NCBI RefSeq assembly: GCF_000829235.1
Contig: NZ_AP012549.1
Coordinates: 570,001-602,000 of the forward strand
Direction of reading: 5' to 3'
Length of the DNA stretch: 32,000 nucleotides
DNA from: a cyanobacterium endosymbiont of Epithemia turgida isolate EtSB Lake Yunoko
GTDB taxonomy: Bacteria > Cyanobacteriota > Cyanobacteriia > Cyanobacteriales > Microcystaceae
Shown: in pieces, positions 26,955 to 32,000 of the stretch
Layout: every line of letters starts with the position of its first letter
Numbering within the stretch: position 1 is the first letter of the stretch
Notes under the pieces: model-generated
The model's input: the letters and a program-made list of their open reading frames with translations, nothing else
Databases searched by the model: none
What the model was told of the DNA's origin: nothing
Program-made: the position numbers and the translations under genes

Positions 26955-29900
26955 TTACCTTCCCGCTAAAGTACGACGTTTCATTACCATTTCGTAAGCT
27001 TCAATGATATCCCCTGCTTGCCAATCACTGAACTTATCGATTCCGACACCACATTCATAACCAGCGTTAACCTCACGGGCAAGTTCTTTAACCCGTTTGA
27101 GGGAATCAAGATTTCCTTGATAGACTATATTATCGCTGCGCCGCACTCTAACAAAGCGGTTTCGTACAACCTTGCCAGACTGAACATAACAACCGGCCAC
27201 TGCTCCTCGTCCCAGGGGAAAGACAGCCCGAACTTCGGCTTGTCCAAGGGGAGATTCCACTTCTTCAGGTTCGAGTAACCCTTCCATAGCTCCTTGAATA
27301 TCATCGAGGAGTTTGTAGATGATGTCGTACTCTCGAATATCCACCCCTTCGTGGTCAGCCGCCGCTCTAGAGCCACTAGCAAGGGTTGTATTAAAGCCGA
27401 TTACCACTGCACCACTAGCAGCCGCTAAGTCTACATCGGTTTCGGTAATTTCCCCAGGAGCAGCCAGGAGAATTCGGATTTGAACCTCATCTTGAGGTAA
27501 CTGTTCTAAAGAACCGAGAATTGCCTCTACAGACCCTTGAACATCAGCTTTAACAATAAGATTAAGTTCTTTCAGTTCTCCTTCTTGAGCTTGAGCCGAA
27601 ATAGTACTAAGGGTTACCCGACGAGAAGACGTTGCTTGTTGCAGACGGGTTTGGCGTTGATCAGCCGCTCCTTGTTCAGCCACGACGCGGGCTTCTTTTT
27701 CATTGGCATAGACATCAAATTCGTCTCCCGCCGAGGGAACGTTACTAAGTCCGAGAACCTCAACGGCAAATGAGGGAGAAGCGGCTTCTACTTTTTCTCC
27801 ACGATCATCAATCATGGCACGAATTTTACCGAAGACTGAGCCAGCAACGATAGCATCTCCTACCCGTAGAGTTCCATTTTGGATAAGGAGGGTGGCTACT
27901 GGACCCCTAGTACGGTCAAGGTTAGCTTCGATGACTGTTCCTTTAGCGAGACGATTGGGGTTAGCTACCAATTCTTCTACTTCCGACAACAGGATAATCA
28001 TCTCTAGGAGAGTATCAAGGTTTTCCCCTTTGAGGGCACTAACGGGAACCATAATAGTTTCCCCTCCCCATTCTTCAGAAAGTAAACCCAATTCTGCTAA
28101 TTCTTGTTTGATGCGATCAGGGTTAGCTTCAGGTTTATCGACTTTATTGATAGCTACTAATAAAGGAACCTTTGCTGCTTTAGCGTGACTAATCGCTTCT
28201 CGTGTTTGGGGTTGAACCCCATCATCCGCAGCCACTACCAGAATCGCAATGTCTGTTACCTTAGTTCCGCGCGCTCGCATGGCGGTAAAGGCCTCGTGAC
28301 CAGGGGTATCCAAGAAAACAATCTGTTCTGATTGTCCATTGTGTTTAATATCCACATGGTATGCCCCGATATGCTGAGTAATTCCTCCAGCTTCTCCTTG
28401 AGCGACCTTCGTTTGACGGATGGAGTCGAGCAAGGTAGTTTTTCCGTGATCGACGTGACCCATAATAGTGACTACTGGAGGGCGACGCTGAAGATTATCC
28501 AAGTCGTGTTCATCGAGCATTTCTGTATCTTTAGTCGCTGCAGCTTTTACTTCGGGGACTTCCACTTCCACCCCTAATTCTTTTGTGACTAACTGAGCCG
28601 TTTCTAAATCCAGTGTCTGGGTAATATTGACTGCAATTCCCTTAGAAAAAAGATTCTTAATAATTTCAGTTTCAGGGATTTGCAGCCTATTAGCAAGTTC
28701 TCTGACTGTCAGATTACTGTCTAGAATAATAGTTTCAGGACGTTGAATGACTTCTTGACGTTCGCGACGTTCTGTTTTCTGACGTGTTGTTGATCCCCCA
28801 CCGGTGTCGGGTTTGGGCATCGGTTTTTTAGGCTTGCTGACAGCAGCTAGTTTCGTCTGAGATTGAGGTTTAGGGGGACGAGCCGTAGAGAGACTTGCGG
28901 TCAAAGGAATGGGATTGAGACCAGTTGTTGACTCAAAATCCTCATCTTCTTCGTCAAGACGTTTAGTCCGACGTTTAGCTTTGGCAGCTCCTTTGTTTTT
29001 TACTTTAGATTCGCGTTCTTCCTCTTCTTCTTCCCATTTTTTCTGTTTTGAAGGACGCGCTGACGTAGGACGTTTTAAGGTTGGTTTAGGTTTTAGAGGC
29101 GTTTCGAGAACATCATCATCGACTACATCTGAATCATCAATTTCGTCTGATGGGAGTTTGACCGAAGGAGCAATTAATTCAAGGGTTTCCTCTTTTGGTT
29201 GCCTTCCAACTTGCGGTCGCTGGAGATCCAGTTTAGCTTTGATTTTAGTGATTTTCTTATTAGGAGCCGGAGTTTCAGCGGAAACTGTTTTTGGAGTCGA
29301 GGTGGTCTCTAACGAAAGTTTTTTCTGTGGCTCAACTCTTTCTGTTGGTTCAGGTTTAGAGGTAAGTTTCAAACCTGACTTCCCAGAAGGAGATTTCTGA
29401 GAAGATTGAACTAGAGGTTTAGATAGTTGGGGAGGATTGAGAAGAGTCGGAGTAGGTTCAAGTTCTTGGCTATCTTCAACTAGAGTAGTTATAAGGTTTT
29501 CGGAGAGTTTAGTTTTCTCTGTAAGTTTTGGCTTCTCGCTAGGATTAACAACTGTTTCCTCTTTGTTTGATGCTTTTTGAGGCGATTTTTGAGAGTTTAC
29601 GGGGGGGCGAGATAATTGTGGTTTAGTAGGTAACCGAGGGGGAGCCACTAAGGTTGGAGAAGAACCCTGAGGTTGTCTTGAGGCTTGATTAGAAGAACTC
29701 TTATGGATTTGCTTATGATGAATAGCTAAGATTTGTTGTGTGTTTTTTTCGTTAGGAGATGTTTTTTCTTTTTCCTCAGTTGTCTGGCTGGCAACGTATT
29801 TACTTGCCATGGCCTTGAGCCGTTCAGCCTGGGATTCACTAATCGTGCTACTGTGGCTCTTAACAGGAATGTTAAGCTGAGTGCAAATTTCTAGGATATC

Positions 29901-29963
29901 TTTATTTTCTAGGTTCAACTCTTTCGATAAATCGTAAATTCTAACTTTTTGTGCGTTGTTCAT
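26955..29963 (-). CDS. infB: Translation initiation factor IF-2
   Basis: 1002-aa ORF with a long Pro/Lys/Glu-rich N-terminal region, followed by the GTPase motifs [20 protein letters not shown] and NKVD and a conserved C-terminal domain. Confidence 0.97.
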   Translation of the reverse strand: MNNAQKVRIYDLSKELNLENKDILEICTQLNIPVKSHSSTISESQAERLKAMASKYVASQTTEEKEKTSPNEKNTQQILAIHHKQIHKSSSNQASRQPQGSSPTLVAPPRLPTKPQLSRPPVNSQKSPQKASNKEETVVNPSEKPKLTEKTKLSENLITTLVEDSQELEPTPTLLNPPQLSKPLVQSSQKSPSGKSGLKLTSKPEPTERVEPQKKLSLETTSTPKTVSAETPAPNKKITKIKAKLDLQRPQVGRQPKEETLELIAPSVKLPSDEIDDSDVVDDDVLETPLKPKPTLKRPTSARPSKQKKWEEEEEERESKVKNKGAAKAKRRTKRLDEEDEDFESTTGLNPIPLTASLSTARPPKPQSQTKLAAVSKPKKPMPKPDTGGGSTTRQKTERRERQEVIQRPETIILDSNLTVRELANRLQIPETEIIKNLFSKGIAVNITQTLDLETAQLVTKELGVEVEVPEVKAAATKDTEMLDEHDLDNLQRRPPVVTIMGHVDHGKTTLLDSIRQTKVAQGEAGGITQHIGAYHVDIKHNGQSEQIVFLDTPGHEAFTAMRARGTKVTDIAILVVAADDGVQPQTREAISHAKAAKVPLLVAINKVDKPEANPDRIKQELAELGLLSEEWGGETIMVPVSALKGENLDTLLEMIILLSEVEELVANPNRLAKGTVIEANLDRTRGPVATLLIQNGTLRVGDAIVAGSVFGKIRAMIDDRGEKVEAASPSFAVEVLGLSNVPSAGDEFDVYANEKEARVVAEQGAADQRQTRLQQATSSRRVTLSTISAQAQEGELKELNLIVKADVQGSVEAILGSLEQLPQDEVQIRILLAAPGEITETDVDLAAASGAVVIGFNTTLASGSRAAADHEGVDIREYDIIYKLLDDIQGAMEGLLEPEEVESPLGQAEVRAVFPLGRGAVAGCYVQSGKVVRNRFVRVRRSDNIVYQGNLDSLKRVKELAREVNAGYECGVGIDKFSDWQAGDIIEAYEMVMKRRTLAGR

Positions 29964-30145
29964 CCACTATCCCCCTGACTAGGTTTGTGTTGGTTTAAAG
30001 ACTTGGACCCTTGGCTTTTGAGCAACGGGCAAGTTCTGGGTTTTGTCAGTTCCATCTGACTGCCATCATGACGATCTTATAAAATGACCTTACTCCTATG
30101 CTAACGACCAAAGACATCAAGACGCATCCCTAAATAACCTAAATG

Positions 30146-30436
30146 TTAAGAATTGGGAGGTTTAGCTGATACAGACTCGGTATCAGCTAGTATCTGCCAA
30201 CGACTCCACAGAGTTTGATAAATGCTATCAGGGACATTAGTCCTAAGCATTTTGCCCAAAAGGTTCTTTTTACTGGCGTTGTACAAGCAATTTTCCTGAG
30301 GACAGATATAGACAGATCTTCCCATCCCCTTATCTAATTGTACCTGTCGAGATGAATGAACTCGAACAATACGCCAAAATGTCTGTTTTGGTGCTATCTT
30401 ACGACAACTAACACAACGTCGATAATTGGGCTGCAT
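30146..30436 (-). CDS. ylxR: YlxR/DUF448 family RNA-binding protein
   Basis: 96-aa ORF between nusA and infB with the characteristic RRCVSCRK...R..R motif and a conserved position in the operon. Confidence 0.85.
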   Translation of the reverse strand: MQPNYRRCVSCRKIAPKQTFWRIVRVHSSRQVQLDKGMGRSVYICPQENCLYNASKKNLLGKMLRTNVPDSIYQTLWSRWQILADTESVSAKPPNS

Positions 30437-30458
30437 AACTAAATGGAATGATTATTCA

Positions 30459-31682
30459 CTATTTAAATACAAGGTCAGTTTCGTCATTGTCTTTTTCATT
30501 ACTCAAAAGCTCTGACTTGTTAGAGGGTTGCTGTTCTTTGTTAATTTCTAGCTGATAAGTAGATGTATCTTTGATGTCAATTTTCCACCCAGTTAAACGG
30601 GCGGCTAAGCGGACATTTTGACCCTCTTTACCAATGGCTAAGCTCAATTGGTCTTCGGCGACCAAGACCAGAGCATGACGTTCATCAGGATTAATTAAAA
30701 CCACTTGATCTACTCTGGCTGGACTAAGGGCGTTGGCAATATAGGTAGCAGGATCAGGAGACCAACGAATCACATCAATTTTTTCTCCTCGCAGTTCATT
30801 AACTACTGCTTGAATTCGAGATCCTCTAGCTCCAATACAAGCTCCTACAGGATCTACATCTCGCTCTAGGGTATCTACCGCAATTTTAGTTCTTGGCCCG
30901 ACATAGCGAGAAGGGGGATTAGCTTCACGGGAAACAGCCACTATCCGCACAATTTCTTCATCTATTTCAGGGACTTCTACAGTAAATAAATCGACAACTA
31001 AGCCAGCAGCTGAGCGCGAAACGATCAGTTGAGGTCCACGATGTGAGCCTTCTAAAACTTTTTTAAGGATAACTTTGAAACTAGAATTGGCGCGATAATT
31101 GTCATTAGGTAGTTGTTCTCGTTTGGGTAGGACTGCTTCAACTTCGGGTTGACTAAAAGCACTTTGAACAGCGACGATCGCATCTTGGCGTTCAAAGCGT
31201 AAGGATCTCGCATTCAAAACTGTTCCTTCAAGATCATTAAATTCTTCTTGAATAAGTTTACGCTGTTGATCTCGTAGTTTTTGTATAAGAACCTGTTTAG
31301 TTTGAATGGCCGCCATGCGCCCGAAATCCTTTTGATTTGGAGTTACATCTAAAACTACTTCGTCTCCCAATTGAGCTTCTAAAGCAACTTCTTGGACTTC
31401 TTTAAGAGAGATGTGATGGTCAATGTTATCGACTACTTCCACGATTCTTTTGGTAGAAAGGATGCGAAACCCTTCTTCTTCAATGTCTAGTTCTACTTCA
31501 AAGTTATTAAAGTATTCATCATGAAATTGCTGACGATCTAAGCTTTGGGAACGACGATAACGTTCATACCCTTTGAGTAACGCTTCTCGCAAGGCTTCTT
31601 GGACGGCAGATTTTGGTAAATTGTGCTGTTGGCTAATTTCATCAATCATTTTAGCCAGACCGGGTAAGCTGATAAGGGACAT
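30459..31682 (-). CDS. nusA: Transcription termination/antitermination factor NusA
   Basis: 407-aa ORF with AAGGAGG 8 nt upstream, an N-terminal domain, an S1-like domain and KH domains (GACIGARGSRIQAV, AIGKEGQNVRLAARLTGWKIDI). Confidence 0.95.
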   Translation of the reverse strand: MSLISLPGLAKMIDEISQQHNLPKSAVQEALREALLKGYERYRRSQSLDRQQFHDEYFNNFEVELDIEEEGFRILSTKRIVEVVDNIDHHISLKEVQEVALEAQLGDEVVLDVTPNQKDFGRMAAIQTKQVLIQKLRDQQRKLIQEEFNDLEGTVLNARSLRFERQDAIVAVQSAFSQPEVEAVLPKREQLPNDNYRANSSFKVILKKVLEGSHRGPQLIVSRSAAGLVVDLFTVEVPEIDEEIVRIVAVSREANPPSRYVGPRTKIAVDTLERDVDPVGACIGARGSRIQAVVNELRGEKIDVIRWSPDPATYIANALSPARVDQVVLINPDERHALVLVAEDQLSLAIGKEGQNVRLAARLTGWKIDIKDTSTYQLEINKEQQPSNKSELLSNEKDNDETDLVFK

Positions 31683-31720
31683 TGTTATGGACCTCCTTGA
31701 CTTTAAAATATAGAGTTTGG

Positions 31721-32000
31721 TTAGGGATGGTCATCAAGTGTGATTGTGGTAATCAGGTCCCGAGGAATTATGATCGCCCGTCCTTTCTGGTTTAGATGAA
31801 CGCTCTCTGTATCTCGTTCTTGAAGTCTACCTCGCCATTCTTTTTGATTTAGGTACGGGGCATAGGTTGTGACAATGACGGCAAATCCTTTGAAAGACAT
31901 AAAATCACGATCACTATTTAGTTGTCGAGAAACTCCTGGGCTAGAAATTTCTAAAACATAGGAACCTGGAATGGCTTGGGATTCATCAAGACTAGTTTCT
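31721..32000 (-). CDS. rimP: Ribosome maturation factor RimP, C-terminal 92 codons (N-terminus lies beyond the right edge of the window)
   Basis: The minus-strand translation is ...IPGSYVLEISSPGVSRQLNSDRDFMSFKGFAVIVTTYAPYLNQKEWRGRLQERDTESVHLNQKGRAIIIPRDLITTITLDDHP, with the stop at 31721-31723. It lies directly upstream of nusA. Confidence 0.85.
   Translation of the reverse strand, partial: ETSLDESQAIPGSYVLEISSPGVSRQLNSDRDFMSFKGFAVIVTTYAPYLNQKEWRGRLQERDTESVHLNQKGRAIIIPRDLITTITLDDHP

Noticed and set aside
27018-29400. Six ORFs of 78-163 aa listed within or antisense to infB (27018-27278+, 27125-27382-, 27537-27773+, 27814-28188+, 28332-28577+, 28909-29400+).
   Set aside because: They lie entirely inside the well-supported 1002-aa IF-2 frame. 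Their products are low-complexity (Ser/Arg-rich) or motif-free, which is typical of shadow ORFs in a long, relatively GC-rich gene.
1-32000. A CRISPR array or other regularly spaced repeat-spacer structure, and HIP1 (GCGATCGC) enrichment.
   Set aside because: The only tandem repeats are the 75-bp (x2.8), 36-bp (x1.6) and 19-bp (x3) units described in the features, none of which has spacers. Only degenerate HIP1-like sites (for example cgatcgc at about 26423 and 31176) were seen.

Overview
This is a cyanobacterial-type chromosomal segment in advanced reductive decay. The cyanobacterial assignment is an inference from gene content and order: a rimP-nusA-ylxR-infB operon, a Deg/HhoA-type protease, a TonB-family protein and a STAS protein.

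Intact genes, in window order: leuS (partial), rpmI-rplT, a STAS protein, an NAD-dependent sugar epimerase, a divergent sucC/sucD-like pair, a Deg/HtrA protease, a TonB-family protein, tRNA-Ala(GGC), argF, a 65-aa ORF, a polytopic membrane protein, infB, ylxR, nusA and rimP (partial).

Coding density is low. My intact CDS calls sum to about 15.5 kb of 32 kb. About 7 kb is recognisable pseudogene. About 9 kb has no ORF of 60 aa or more and is extremely AT-rich.

Recognisable pseudogenes:
- radical-SAM TIGR03960-like
- four-carbon acid sugar kinase-like
- glycosyltransferase remnants
- C39/cNMP-type ABC exporter plus HlyD
- M50/CBS site-2 protease
- MazG-like NTP pyrophosphatase
- acyl-CoA dehydrogenase-like
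- a degenerate tRNA-like element

I saw no CRISPR array, transposase, integrase, phage genes or defence-system-like ORFs. I did not find a convincing new multi-gene system.

The most unusual items:
1. An intact SucCD-like pair whose alpha-like subunit lacks the canonical GHAGA phosphohistidine loop.
2. Near-perfect 75-bp tandem repeats appended after the TonB C-terminal domain.
3. A perfect 19-bp x3 repeat between the infB terminator and the next gene.
4. A tRNA-like relic.
5. A graded series of gene decay ending in ORF-free AT-rich tracts.

All homology statements come from by-eye translation and remembered family motifs. No searches were run.
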